A DNA stretch of 64,000 nucleotides, from assembly GCA_035361075.1 (NCBI GenBank), contig DAOSBX010000005.1, positions 27,127 through 91,126 on the forward strand, read 5' to 3'. The notes under the pieces were generated by a model that did no database searches, was not told the DNA's origin, and was given only the letters and a program-made list of their open reading frames with translations. Below are positions 9,974-19,264 of the stretch, one piece after another (the first letter of the stretch is position 1; every line of letters begins with the position of its first letter). Made by a program: the position numbers and the translations under genes. This DNA comes from Candidatus Hydrogenedens sp. (GTDB taxonomy: Bacteria; Hydrogenedentota; Hydrogenedentia; Hydrogenedentales; Hydrogenedentaceae).

Positions 9974-10606
9974 TTATGATTTATTTCTCCTAATGAATTC
10001 ACCAAAATTTTTTAGGATGTTAAGTCCGAATTGCTGACTTTTTTCGGGATGGAACTGGACGCCCAAGACTGCTTTGTCTCCAACCATGCATGGAAATGTA
10101 ATACCGTATTCACAGGTTGCCAGAATGATGGATTTATCCTCTGGTTTGGGGTAGTAGCTATGAACAAAATAGGCATACCCACCTGAATTGTTAGGTAGTA
10201 GGGGATTGGTTTTGTCCTTTACGGGTTGGACAAAATTCCATCCCATGTGTGGAACTTTCAGTCCAGTAGTCTCAGTGGGAGGGAAACGAACTACACCTCC
10301 TTTAAAGATACCTAAACCTTCTGAGCCTCCACCTTCTTCACCATATTCGAAAAGTAATTGTAAGCCTATACAAATACCGAGAAGAGGTTTCCCAGTTTGA
10401 ACGAATTCTTTAACTGGTTCAACGAAGCCTTTACGTTTTAAGCCCTCATAACAATCGCGAAACGCACCGACGCCTGGTAATACAGCCGCATCAGCTTTTA
10501 TTAAGTCAGATGGGTTTTCAGAAATTATTGCATCTAACCCAACTTTTTCAAGTGCTTTTTGAGCACTTCTTAAATTTCCCATTCCATAATCGATAATAAG
10601 AATCAT
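9974..10606 (-). CDS. hisH: Imidazole glycerol phosphate synthase, glutamine amidotransferase subunit
   Basis: Motifs MILIIDYGMGNLRSAQKALEKVG...LPGVGAF...GICIGLQLL...HMGWN...GVQFHPEKS. Confidence 0.85.
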   Translation of the reverse strand: MILIIDYGMGNLRSAQKALEKVGLDAIISENPSDLIKADAAVLPGVGAFRDCYEGLKRKGFVEPVKEFVQTGKPLLGICIGLQLLFEYGEEGGGSEGLGIFKGGVVRFPPTETTGLKVPHMGWNFVQPVKDKTNPLLPNNSGGYAYFVHSYYPKPEDKSIILATCEYGITFPCMVGDKAVLGVQFHPEKSQQFGLNILKNFGEFIRRNKS

Positions 10607-11196
10607 GAGTCAATGATACCCTTTGTCGAGGAACCATATTTAATGTAATTTGGGTTTTCTTGAATGGCGTTTAAGAATGCCTTTGCGAAGGCTTTGAAGA
10701 TAGCCTCAATGCAATGGTGTGTATTTTTTCCATATCGCAATAGTATATGAAGAGTTATTTTAAAATGGTTTGTGAAAGCCTTGAAGAACTCTTCTGTAAG
10801 TTCAATATCGAAGTTACCCAGTTTTACATGTGGAAGTTCAGCGGAAAAATAAAGGTATGGTCTTCCGCTTAGGTCTATCACAACTTCTGATAATGCTTCA
10901 TCCATTGGGATGACTGCATGCCCAAAACGATTCCTTTTCTCCAAATCAGTAAAAAGTTGAGCACATGCTTTTCCGAGACAGATGCCAACATCTTCTACGG
11001 TATGGTGTGCATCGACATTTAAATCTCCCGTTGCTTTTAATTTTATATCGATACCAGCATGTCTTGAAAATAGTGATAGCATATGGTCTAAAAAACCAAC
11101 ACCTGTATTTATTTCAGATATTCCTGTTCCAGGGTAGCCAAGAATTAAATCAATTTCTGTTTCTTTTGATTTTCGATGGACTTTTGTTTCTGACAT
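10603..11196 (-). CDS. hisB: Imidazoleglycerol-phosphate dehydratase
   Basis: Motifs RKSKETEIDLIL...GVGFLDHMLSLFSRHAGIDIKLKATGDLNVDAHHTVEDVGICLG are canonical IGPD motifs. 4-bp overlap with hisH. Confidence 0.85.
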   Translation of the reverse strand: MSETKVHRKSKETEIDLILGYPGTGISEINTGVGFLDHMLSLFSRHAGIDIKLKATGDLNVDAHHTVEDVGICLGKACAQLFTDLEKRNRFGHAVIPMDEALSEVVIDLSGRPYLYFSAELPHVKLGNFDIELTEEFFKAFTNHFKITLHILLRYGKNTHHCIEAIFKAFAKAFLNAIQENPNYIKYGSSTKGIIDS

Positions 11197-11235
11197 GATG
11201 ATGTCCTTTTTTTATTATTAAAAAAATGATACGGT

Positions 11236-11961
11236 TTATCTACCATGATGTAATCGTTCAGCGAGGAATGGGTGTAGGCTGGCTTCCAATACCTGTTGGG
11301 CAGTAACTTCAATATTGTATTCAATTCGGATTTGACGATAGGTAATGGTTTCTGTATCTAAAATTCCAAAAGAAGCACGTGCATCCCCATCTCGTGGTTG
11401 TCCAACAGAACCTGGATTTATAAAATATGTTTTTCCATCTTTTAGTTTGAATGTGCCATCTTCGTCAATACTATATGTTCCTTCTGAGGAAATAACACTG
11501 GGAATATGAGTATGCCCATAAAAACACAAAGTTACATTTTGTTCTTCGAAAAAATATAAAAATGGAGGGACATCTTCCCATGTGAAGATGTAAGTATTAT
11601 GATTTTTGGGGGCACCATGAACTGCGGCAAAATCTCCAAAATTTAATGTGTCTGGTAATCGTTGTAGCCATTCGCGATTTTCTTCAGTTAGTTCCCTTCG
11701 AGTCCATAAAATTGCAGGTAGAGCAACCGCATTAAAACCCCAAGGTTCTTCTAACTCACATGCGACAGCATCATGGTTGCCAAGGATGGTTGGTATATCT
11801 CTTTCTTTGAGAATGTTAATACATTCATTTGGAGATGCGTTGTATCCAACAACATCTCCTAAGCATACAATCCGTTCTATTTTCTCTTTATCAATAGCAT
11901 CTAATACTGTTTTTAATGCTTCAGCATTAGCATGAATATCGGAAATTATTGCGTATAACAA
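11236..11961 (-). CDS. Metallophosphoesterase (calcineurin-like, YfcE/MJ0936 type)
   Basis: Motifs ISDIHAN...CLGDVVGYN...GNHD...GHTH match metallophosphoesterase motifs I-V. Confidence 0.7.
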   Translation of the reverse strand: MLYAIISDIHANAEALKTVLDAIDKEKIERIVCLGDVVGYNASPNECINILKERDIPTILGNHDAVACELEEPWGFNAVALPAILWTRRELTEENREWLQRLPDTLNFGDFAAVHGAPKNHNTYIFTWEDVPPFLYFFEEQNVTLCFYGHTHIPSVISSEGTYSIDEDGTFKLKDGKTYFINPGSVGQPRDGDARASFGILDTETITYRQIRIEYNIEVTAQQVLEASLHPFLAERLHHGR

Positions 11962-12163
11962 TGATACACTCCACGTTACAGAATAATCTTAACAATTTTA
12001 TTTGTATAAATCTGGCCAATGTTATTATTTCTTAATATTTTGCAAAAAAACGGGTATAACTTTCAACAATGAGACTTATTGGAACTTTTTGTTTTTTGTA
12101 GTGTTTATTATTATGAAGTATCGAAGAATGAAAAGTAAAACTTAAACAGAAGGAGTTTATGTT

Positions 12164-13129
12164 ATGAGCAAAAGAACAACATTATTAATCACTACTGGGA
12201 TATGCCTTTTATTTGTTGTGGGTTGGGCTATGGCTCAGCCTCCAGCTAACCCTCCACAAGAACCTGCTCCACAGTCTGCTGGAAATGTGCAGAATCCACC
12301 ACCTCCTCCATCTCCGCCACTACCGCCTGGACCACCTCCGAAACCGGAGAATGTTTTTAAGCAGGCGGACAAGGATGGGGATGGAAATCTAAGTTTAGAA
12401 GAGTTTAAAAATTTACATTTAAATCGTAGACCAGGAGCCAAACCCCTACCTCCGAATAAGATGGGTCCTCCTAACAATCAACAAAAAGGCAAAAAAGGTG
12501 GTGGACCCCCTGCTAACGCAGGACAATGTATGGCAGGACAACCTATGCAGGGTGCAGGAAATCCTCCAGGGAAAGGAGCTGGTAAAATGCAGAAAGGGCA
12601 GGCTCCTGGTGAAGGGTTACGTATTAAGGCTGAAGAAATATTTAAGGGAGCAGATAAAAATGGTGATGGAAAACTTACTCTTGATGAATTCAAAACTATA
12701 AGACCCCCACGTCCACCTCAACCTCCTGCTCCTGGGCAAGGAGGACCAAAGGGAAAACCCTCTGCTGAAGGCCCGAGACCTGGTGGACCGTGGACCCTTG
12801 ATGCTATGAAAGAGGCGGATAAGGATGGAGATAAGAAGGTCACTTTAGATGAACTAAAAGCAGTTAGACCACGTATGAATGAAGAGCGATTTAAGTTAAT
12901 GGATGCGAATAGCGATGGTTTCTTGACAGAAGAGGATATAAAAGCATGGCCACAGGTAATGCAGAATAAATTTAAGGAATTTGATACAGATAAGGATGGA
13001 AAATTATCTCGGGATGAAATCAAGAAGATGTTTCCAAATATGAGTGATGAAGCATTTAAACGTAAAGATTTAAATCAGGATGGTTATTTGTCGCTTGATG
13101 AATTAAAACTACGTCCACAGAAAAATTAG
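12164..13129 (+). CDS. Secreted EF-hand calcium-binding protein with proline-rich low-complexity linker
   Basis: Signal peptide (LLITTGICLLFVVGWAMAQP). Six canonical EF-hand loops: DKDGDGNLSLEEF, DKNGDGKLTLDEF, DKDGDKKVTLDEL, DANSDGFLTEED, DTDKDGKLSRDEI, DLNQDGYLSLDEL. A PPPPSPPLPPGPPP tract precedes them. Confidence 0.65.
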   Translation: MSKRTTLLITTGICLLFVVGWAMAQPPANPPQEPAPQSAGNVQNPPPPPSPPLPPGPPPKPENVFKQADKDGDGNLSLEEFKNLHLNRRPGAKPLPPNKMGPPNNQQKGKKGGGPPANAGQCMAGQPMQGAGNPPGKGAGKMQKGQAPGEGLRIKAEEIFKGADKNGDGKLTLDEFKTIRPPRPPQPPAPGQGGPKGKPSAEGPRPGGPWTLDAMKEADKDGDKKVTLDELKAVRPRMNEERFKLMDANSDGFLTEEDIKAWPQVMQNKFKEFDTDKDGKLSRDEIKKMFPNMSDEAFKRKDLNQDGYLSLDELKLRPQKN

Positions 13130-13162
13130 GAACCTGATTGACCCGATATTTTAAGCTCCTTT

Positions 13163-13197
13163 GGGGATATTGCAAAATATCCCCATTATTTATTTTT
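13163..13197. terminator. Candidate bidirectional rho-independent terminator between convergent genes
   Basis: Stem-loop GGGGATATT-GCAA-AATATCCCC (13163-13184) followed by ATTATTTATTTTT. It lies between the stop of the EF-hand gene (+) and the stop of the membrane-protein gene (-). Confidence 0.55.
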
Positions 13198-14217
13198 AGG
13201 TGTGTTAGTAATGGGTGAGAATTGTTCAATATAAATACAAAGGAGTCCAACGCTAACCACACTTAGGAAATTGGCACCATGAGCTAATATAGCGATAGCC
13301 CTTGCAATGTTAATATCGATATTAGGGACTGTTAGAAATAGCCCACCCATAACACCGACATGAAATTGTCCAATAAAGCCTGGTGCTCCTGGAACACTAA
13401 TTAAGAATGAAATTAAAGCGATACTTACAGGAGGAGTATACCATGGATATTGAACATTAAATGCTTTGAATAGAAAAATGTAGGATAACCAAAAACATCC
13501 CCATGTGAGACATGAAAAGAAGACAGCCCCGATAATCGCTTTAGTATCTTTTATCATGCTTATGGCTTCTCGTATATTTTTAACTAAATGGGTTAAAAAA
13601 AGGATAAGCCGTTCACCTAATATCTTTTCAGCAATTTTTATGTGTTGTAGAAATCGGTTGGAATATAGATAAAAGAATATACATAGTCCAAATATTAGAC
13701 CAATGATAGTTAATGTGATGATGGCAGCTTTTTGGATTAGATTGGCAGGTAAAGTGATGTTAAAAATTTCGGGTGGTAATGTAATGTCCTGTTTTGGATG
13801 GAAACCGATAAGGGCAAAGATTAAGATGACAAGCAAACCAAGCAAATCTGTGGTGCGGTCTAATGCGACATACGTTAGACTTTTTGACAACGGGATTTGT
13901 GTAAACTTAGTTAGTGCTCCAGCACGAACTGCTTCACCGATTCTTCCTGGGAGTAAAAAATTTGCCAGAAATCCTATTTGTGTTGATGTAAACAAGTGTC
14001 TGAAAGAAGCCTGGTCATTGCTGTTTACTATAAAATGCCAACGAATAACCCGTGTCACAAAAGAAATCAGGATTGTACCGATACATAATAGAAAAAGCCA
14101 TAGATTGCATGTTTTGATAGCATTCCATAGCTCTGTAAAATTTGTTGTTCTGAATACAATCCAGAGCAGAAAAATTCCTATTGCTGTTGCTACAAGAAAA
14201 CGAATGATTTTACGCAT
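13186..14217 (-). CDS. Lysylphosphatidylglycerol-synthase-TM-region-like (flippase-like, UPF0104) integral membrane protein
   Basis: About 8 predicted transmembrane helices. N-terminus MRKIIRFLVATAIGIFLLWIVFRT...LWLFLLCIGTILISFVTRVIRWHFIV is characteristic of the LPG_synthase_TM family. Confidence 0.5.
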   Translation of the reverse strand: MRKIIRFLVATAIGIFLLWIVFRTTNFTELWNAIKTCNLWLFLLCIGTILISFVTRVIRWHFIVNSNDQASFRHLFTSTQIGFLANFLLPGRIGEAVRAGALTKFTQIPLSKSLTYVALDRTTDLLGLLVILIFALIGFHPKQDITLPPEIFNITLPANLIQKAAIITLTIIGLIFGLCIFFYLYSNRFLQHIKIAEKILGERLILFLTHLVKNIREAISMIKDTKAIIGAVFFSCLTWGCFWLSYIFLFKAFNVQYPWYTPPVSIALISFLISVPGAPGFIGQFHVGVMGGLFLTVPNIDINIARAIAILAHGANFLSVVSVGLLCIYIEQFSPITNTPKNK

Positions 14218-14276
14218 ATTTGAAGTGTATTTGTTAGTTTGATTTGTAGAAAGTATACAGGATTAAGGGTTGTTGA

Positions 14277-14882
14277 TTATAATTTGAATCGTTTTAGTTC
14301 TTCTACTAAAGTAGACGTCACCTGATTTTCTAAATCTTTTAGGTCACCATCATTTGTGATAATCCAATTTGCTATTTTTCTTTTGCTTTCTGGGTCTTTT
14401 TGGGCTTTGATACGTTTAAGTGCATCGTCATACGTTAATTGTCTATTTTTCATGAGACGCTGTATTCTGACTTCCTCTGATGAGGTTACTAATATAAGTC
14501 CATTTAACCAAGGAGGTAATGTTTCATCATCTTCTCCGATGAGTGCGGATTCAATAATAACGATATTAAAGCCCTCATTTTTTGCTTGTTGTATCATTTC
14601 TGCTATTTTAGTGATCACATGTGGGTGAATAATTTTATTAATTTCTCTCCTTTTCTCTGGGTCTGAAAAAACAAAATCCCCAAGTTTATTACGGTCTATT
14701 TCTCCATTGGTAAGAATATCGCCCCCAAATTTTTCTACAAGGGTATTTTTTATATTTTTGTCTAATAATATTGTATGTGCGATATTATCTGAGTTAACAA
14801 TATAGAAGTTGTGTTTTTTGAGGATACTTGCAACTTCGGATTTTCCACTTGCAATACCACCTGTAAGTCCTATAATTAGCAT
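14277..14882 (-). CDS. coaE: Dephospho-CoA kinase
   Basis: P-loop start MLIIGLTGGIASGKSEVASIL...VNSDNIAH, about 200 aa. Confidence 0.85.
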   Translation of the reverse strand: MLIIGLTGGIASGKSEVASILKKHNFYIVNSDNIAHTILLDKNIKNTLVEKFGGDILTNGEIDRNKLGDFVFSDPEKRREINKIIHPHVITKIAEMIQQAKNEGFNIVIIESALIGEDDETLPPWLNGLILVTSSEEVRIQRLMKNRQLTYDDALKRIKAQKDPESKRKIANWIITNDGDLKDLENQVTSTLVEELKRFKL

Positions 14883-14995
14883 GATTTTCTCTTTTATATT
14901 TAAATATGATGTTCGTTAATCATTTTGATATAGAATGATTATAAAAAAATGATGTGTTTTATGTATAGGTAGATAGTATAATAAATTATGATGAT

Positions 14996-15781
14996 TTGGA
15001 AAGAAATAACATGATAAATCTATCTGCACCTTTTTCTTATGAAGCAATACCTCTTATTAAGGCTATTGAGAATCATCCTTCAATTCACTTTGAATGGGGT
15101 GAATGGCAAGAAGTAAAGCGAGATTTTAAAGAAAATAAAGTTGATGGGATACTATGTCCGCCTTTAGAAGTGTTGGAATTCCCTGGAAGTTTTGTAATAC
15201 CAGGAGTTGGTATTGCTTCCTGTGGAAAAATACCATCTCCTTTTTTATGTTCTTCATATTCTATTGATAGTTTAAGGAAAATAGTTGTGAGTAGTAAGTT
15301 TGATTATTGGAAAAAATGGTTAGAAATTATATTTAAGATTATGACTAAATCGCCTATAGATGTTTTTTCATATGATAAATATCCTTATGAAGATGATGTG
15401 GGTTACTTGCTTGATGTATTGGAATTTAATAATGAGAACGTAAGATTTCAGAATAGATACAATTTGGGAAGTTTGTGGAAGAAGATTACTTCATATCCTT
15501 TTGTTTGCTGGGTATGGTTATGTCATGGAAACTCAAATTATAAACAAATACGTAGTGTGCTTGGCTATATATGGGATGTGGCTAAAGAAAATTTGAAAAG
15601 TTATCAGAGAGGAAATATGATAGAAAGCGAATTATTGGATTCTCAGAGAAATACATTCTCAGATTTAGAGGATGTTTATTATAGTCTTGCCTCATTAGAA
15701 TTTGAAGGTATGCATTGGTTTATAGAAGAAGGAAAACGGGTTAAAGTTGTTCCGGAGGAGTCAGAGTTTCATCTTTGTTGA
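14996..15781 (+). CDS. MqnA/MqnD-family protein (futalosine-pathway menaquinone biosynthesis, chorismate dehydratase-like), tentative
   Basis: About 260 aa. Motifs LSAPFSYEAIPLIKAI...DGILCPPLEVLEF...GVGIASCGKIPSPFL resemble MqnA blocks (conserved P/F, DAALIPSIE, GIASxGPVRSV) as I recall them. Not verified by search. Confidence 0.35.
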   Translation: MERNNMINLSAPFSYEAIPLIKAIENHPSIHFEWGEWQEVKRDFKENKVDGILCPPLEVLEFPGSFVIPGVGIASCGKIPSPFLCSSYSIDSLRKIVVSSKFDYWKKWLEIIFKIMTKSPIDVFSYDKYPYEDDVGYLLDVLEFNNENVRFQNRYNLGSLWKKITSYPFVCWVWLCHGNSNYKQIRSVLGYIWDVAKENLKSYQRGNMIESELLDSQRNTFSDLEDVYYSLASLEFEGMHWFIEEGKRVKVVPEESEFHLC

Positions 15782-16283
15782 AAGATATATCTGAAGAAGG
15801 TTCATATAACTTTTTTTCCATTACAATTGCATCCTCTTGTGTTCTCACATAATATTTGTAGCGAATACCAATTGTTTGAAACCCCATTTTTTCATATAAA
15901 CAGCGTGCAGGATGATTACTTTCTCTCACTTCCAAGATTATTTTTTTGGCGTGTTCTTTTTTGACTTGACTAAAAATAAAATTCATAAATAATGTTCCCA
16001 GTCCTTTTCTACGGTATTCTGGTGCAACAGTAAATTTTGTAATATGTGCTTCATCTGCCCCTAACCAATACCCAGCGTAACCAATTAAATTGTCCTCGAT
16101 AAAGAATACAAAAAACTTGCCCATTTGATTATCTATTTCAGGCAAGAAAAGTTCTCTTGACCATGCATCGGGGTACGACATGACCTCCAATGAGTGAACC
16201 CTATCTACATGTTCCTCTTTCATGAGATATATCTTGATTTGGGTATTATCAGGTCCAATTATTATGTCGAAAGGTTCTGACAT
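15741..16283 (-). CDS. rimI: Ribosomal-protein-alanine N-acetyltransferase (GNAT)
   Basis: GNAT motif A HITKFTVAPEYRRKGLGTLFM. Positioned directly after tsaB, as in the conserved tsaB-rimI arrangement. Confidence 0.7.
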   Translation of the reverse strand: MSEPFDIIIGPDNTQIKIYLMKEEHVDRVHSLEVMSYPDAWSRELFLPEIDNQMGKFFVFFIEDNLIGYAGYWLGADEAHITKFTVAPEYRRKGLGTLFMNFIFSQVKKEHAKKIILEVRESNHPARCLYEKMGFQTIGIRYKYYVRTQEDAIVMEKKLYEPSSDISFNKDETLTPPEQL

Positions 16284-16981
16284 TTTCTTCTTTTTTCTTC
16301 AGGTTGTGATAAACGAAGATATATTGGAAGTATCTCATCTATATCTTTTCTGTATCCTTGCTCCCAAAGCATTAACGCTTCAATACCAACTGTTGTTGCA
16401 CGTGGATGACTCCACCAATCTTCGCCCTGGATGACATCAGGGATAGATTCTTGAATATTTTTTTGATATAGATTGGCACCTTCACCGAAGATATAAATAG
16501 GGAATGGAGACGAGTCTTTGCATGTTCTCAATAAATTTAGAAATTCTTCTATACTTCCTAAAAAATTTTCGTATACTTTTTGTCTCTCTCCTTTAGTAAA
16601 TTGATAAATCCCTGCGTAAACTTCTTTCATACGAGCATCAAGAATGGGGCATACAATCGCATTGTAAAAGGGGGCTAATCGTGTCATTGCGTCTAATGTG
16701 GATACACCTACGAGTGGAATATTCTTTGCAATAGCGAGCCCTTTCCATGTGGCAAGCCCTATTCTTAACCCCGTAAAGGAACCAGGACCTAAGGACACAG
16801 CCAATAAATTTACATCATCAATAGTTAGTTGAACTTCATCAAAAAGAGATTGAACTATGGGAATTATTCTTTCTGAATGTTTTTTCCCAGCACAAATAGA
16901 AATTTCCCCTAATGATTTGTTTTTATTGAGCAACGCTACGGTATTTACGTCTGTGCTTGTGTCTACTGATAAAACTATCAT
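16262..16981 (-). CDS. tsaB: tRNA threonylcarbamoyladenosine biosynthesis protein TsaB (YeaZ)
   Basis: MIVLSVDTSTDVNTVALL...SLGPGSFTGLRIGLATWKGLA, inactive Kae1/YgjD paralog fold, about 240 aa. Confidence 0.8.
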   Translation of the reverse strand: MIVLSVDTSTDVNTVALLNKNKSLGEISICAGKKHSERIIPIVQSLFDEVQLTIDDVNLLAVSLGPGSFTGLRIGLATWKGLAIAKNIPLVGVSTLDAMTRLAPFYNAIVCPILDARMKEVYAGIYQFTKGERQKVYENFLGSIEEFLNLLRTCKDSSPFPIYIFGEGANLYQKNIQESIPDVIQGEDWWSHPRATTVGIEALMLWEQGYRKDIDEILPIYLRLSQPEEKRRKCQNLST

Positions 16982-17071
16982 ATTTAAAATAAAATACCTT
17001 TTTATTAAATTAATTATGATAAGTTCATATATTAAAAAATAAATTATCTAAATTAGAGGAGATTTGTTTTC

Positions 17072-17368
17072 TTATTTGTTTAAGGTGTTTGATAAATTCT
17101 TAATTAACATTTTAAGTTCTTTTCCCGCCTTGAAAGTTACTACATAGCGGTTAGGTACTTCAACGACTTCGCCTGTTTTCGGATTTCTGCCCTTTCTTGG
17201 GGCTCTTTTTTTTACATCAAATACACCAAAATTGCGTATTTCCCATCGTTTCCCTTTGCCCAGACTGTTTACAATAATTTCCAATGCGGTATCGATGGTT
17301 TTGGCAACATCGCTCTGGGTAAACCCCAATTTTTCAGAGACGAGATTGACCAAATCTTTTTTGGTCAT
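17072..17368 (-). CDS. HU/IHF-family DNA-binding protein
   Basis: MTKKDLVNLVSEKLGFTQSDVAKTIDTALEIIVNSL...RNFGVFDVKKRAPRKGRNPKTGEVVEVPNRYVVTFKAGKELK is the canonical bacterial histone-like fold. Start chosen at the internal Met to give about 98 aa. Confidence 0.8.
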   Translation of the reverse strand: MTKKDLVNLVSEKLGFTQSDVAKTIDTALEIIVNSLGKGKRWEIRNFGVFDVKKRAPRKGRNPKTGEVVEVPNRYVVTFKAGKELKMLIKNLSNTLNK

Positions 17369-17529
17369 GGTGTTTGACTGCATTTCATTTCCAGGTTCCA
17401 TTATTGGACTCCTTATGTAAGGTTGTTTTTTTCATAATCTAATTGTAAAATGTATTTAATCACTAATTATATTATATATTCAAATATTTTTTAATAATAA
17501 ATCAAAAATTATTATTTAGGAGATTAAAG

Positions 17530-18249
17530 ATGTCTAAAAAGAAAAATAGTTTATTAGTCCTATTGATTTTTATATTAGGTTTTTTTGTTGGACTGGATTT
17601 TGATGATTTTGTAGGTTGGATATTAAAAAAGCCTATCCCAATTGGAGAATTAACTAAACCGCCGGAAGGTGAAGGTTGGATAGATTTGCTTTCATCAGAA
17701 AATAGGCTATTTTGGAAAAATGTTACTGATGAGAAAGATATATTTGAGATTCAAGAGGATGGGACTATTCATATTTTTGGGAGAACATTGTATCCATTGA
17801 GGTATGTAGGTTATGTAGGACAGAGTTTTTCAAATTTCCAATTACATCTTGAATTTAAACTTACAAAAAATGCAAACAGTGGTGTATTTTTACGTTCTCA
17901 ACCTAATGATCCGTTATATCGTGGTTTTGAAGTACAAGTATTAGAAGATTATGGTAAACCACCCAATAAAAATAGTTGTGGAGCCATCTATGATATTACA
18001 ACTCCAATGTATAACATGTCCTTTCCACCAGGGCAATGGAATTCGTATGATATTGTAGTGGATGGACAAGAAGTACAGGTATCTATGAACGGTTGGTTGA
18101 TAATTCACACTTATTTAGATAAGATGACAACACCTTTAGGAAAATTCCCTGTTGCCTATGCAACGTTACCAAAAGAGGGATATTTATTATTACAGGACCA
18201 TGGAGGGGAAGTATGGTATCGAAATATTAAAATAAAACCATTACCATGA
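17530..18249 (+). CDS. DUF1080 (3-keto-disaccharide hydrolase-like) domain protein, membrane-anchored/secreted
   Basis: N-terminal hydrophobic segment. C-terminal hallmark GYLLLQDHGGEVWYRNIKIKPL. A paralog lies at 62202-62954. Confidence 0.6.
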   Translation: MSKKKNSLLVLLIFILGFFVGLDFDDFVGWILKKPIPIGELTKPPEGEGWIDLLSSENRLFWKNVTDEKDIFEIQEDGTIHIFGRTLYPLRYVGYVGQSFSNFQLHLEFKLTKNANSGVFLRSQPNDPLYRGFEVQVLEDYGKPPNKNSCGAIYDITTPMYNMSFPPGQWNSYDIVVDGQEVQVSMNGWLIIHTYLDKMTTPLGKFPVAYATLPKEGYLLLQDHGGEVWYRNIKIKPLP

Positions 18250-18340
18250 TAATATATTGTTTGTAAAAGCAGTTTAATAATATAGATAATATGAGTAATG
18301 TCATATATAGATTAACAATATTAACAAAAGGTTTAAGGAT

Positions 18341-19201
18341 ATGAGCAAGAAAGGGTTTACATTAATTGAACTGTTGGTTGTTATTGCCATTATTGGCATA
18401 CTTGCGGCAATTTTATTGCCGGCATTAGCACGTGCCCGTGAGGCGGCAAGACGTTCGAGTTGTCAGAATAATTTAAAACAGATGGGTCTCGTCTTTAATA
18501 TGTATGCAAACGAAGCAAAAGGAGAACTGTTCCCTTATATGAAATTGTTTGATTGTAGTGGTAATTATGCACGTGATGCTACTTTTGATGGGAACCTTAT
18601 ATACCCTGAGTATTTAACGGATGTAAATGTTTGTGTTTGTCCTTCGGATTCCGATGCGGAAAATGTTCGAAGGTCATTCCACAAAGATGGTGATTTATCC
18701 CAGCCTGTAGAACCATGTAGATTAGCGAGAGGTAGTTATTATTATTTGGGTTGGGCTGTACATCCGGATGTTGTATTAAACCCCGGAGTTCCAGTGCCAA
18801 CCGATTTAAGTCAAATTGATTTGTCTGACCCACTTACAACTGCATTGACATATGTAAAAGCAGACATTGTTTTACAGGCGTATAAAATTTATGATAGTAA
18901 TACGCCTCTTCAAGAGAGAATAGACGCGAAATTAAAAGATTTAGGTTCTGTCCCGAGATTAAGGATGGGGATTGAAAGATTTTTGATAACTGATATTAAT
19001 AACCCCGCAGCCTCTTCAAAGGCGGCGAGTGAAATCCCAATTATGTGGGATGAAATTGCTGTCTATGGTTCAGCAGCAACATTTAATCACGTTCCTGGAG
19101 GAGGTAATTGCCTATATATGGATGGTCATGTCGAATTTTTGCGTTGGCCAAGCAAATTCCCTGCGGACCTGTTAGGAATGATATTAACAAACCTGTTCTG
19201 A
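18341..19201 (+). CDS. Prepilin-type N-terminal cleavage/methylation domain protein with DUF1559 (Planctomycete H-X9-DG-type)
   Basis: [47 protein letters not shown] is the classic class-III leader plus DUF1559 start. C-terminal [14 protein letters not shown] (H-x10-DG) is near-canonical H-X9-DG. Confidence 0.7.
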   Translation: MSKKGFTLIELLVVIAIIGILAAILLPALARAREAARRSSCQNNLKQMGLVFNMYANEAKGELFPYMKLFDCSGNYARDATFDGNLIYPEYLTDVNVCVCPSDSDAENVRRSFHKDGDLSQPVEPCRLARGSYYYLGWAVHPDVVLNPGVPVPTDLSQIDLSDPLTTALTYVKADIVLQAYKIYDSNTPLQERIDAKLKDLGSVPRLRMGIERFLITDINNPAASSKAASEIPIMWDEIAVYGSAATFNHVPGGGNCLYMDGHVEFLRWPSKFPADLLGMILTNLF

Positions 19202-19264
19202 TATATAATTCGTGCTTAAAATTGAGGGATATTTAAGTTAAAAATTTAATAAAAGGGAATTGTT

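Noticed and set aside
12235-13023. Three minus-strand ORFs (80, 71 and 101 aa) overlapping the EF-hand gene
   Set aside because: They are antisense to the Pro/Gly-rich coding sequence and are composition-driven open frames. The + strand product has a signal peptide and perfect EF-hand loops, which makes the sense strand clearly the real gene.
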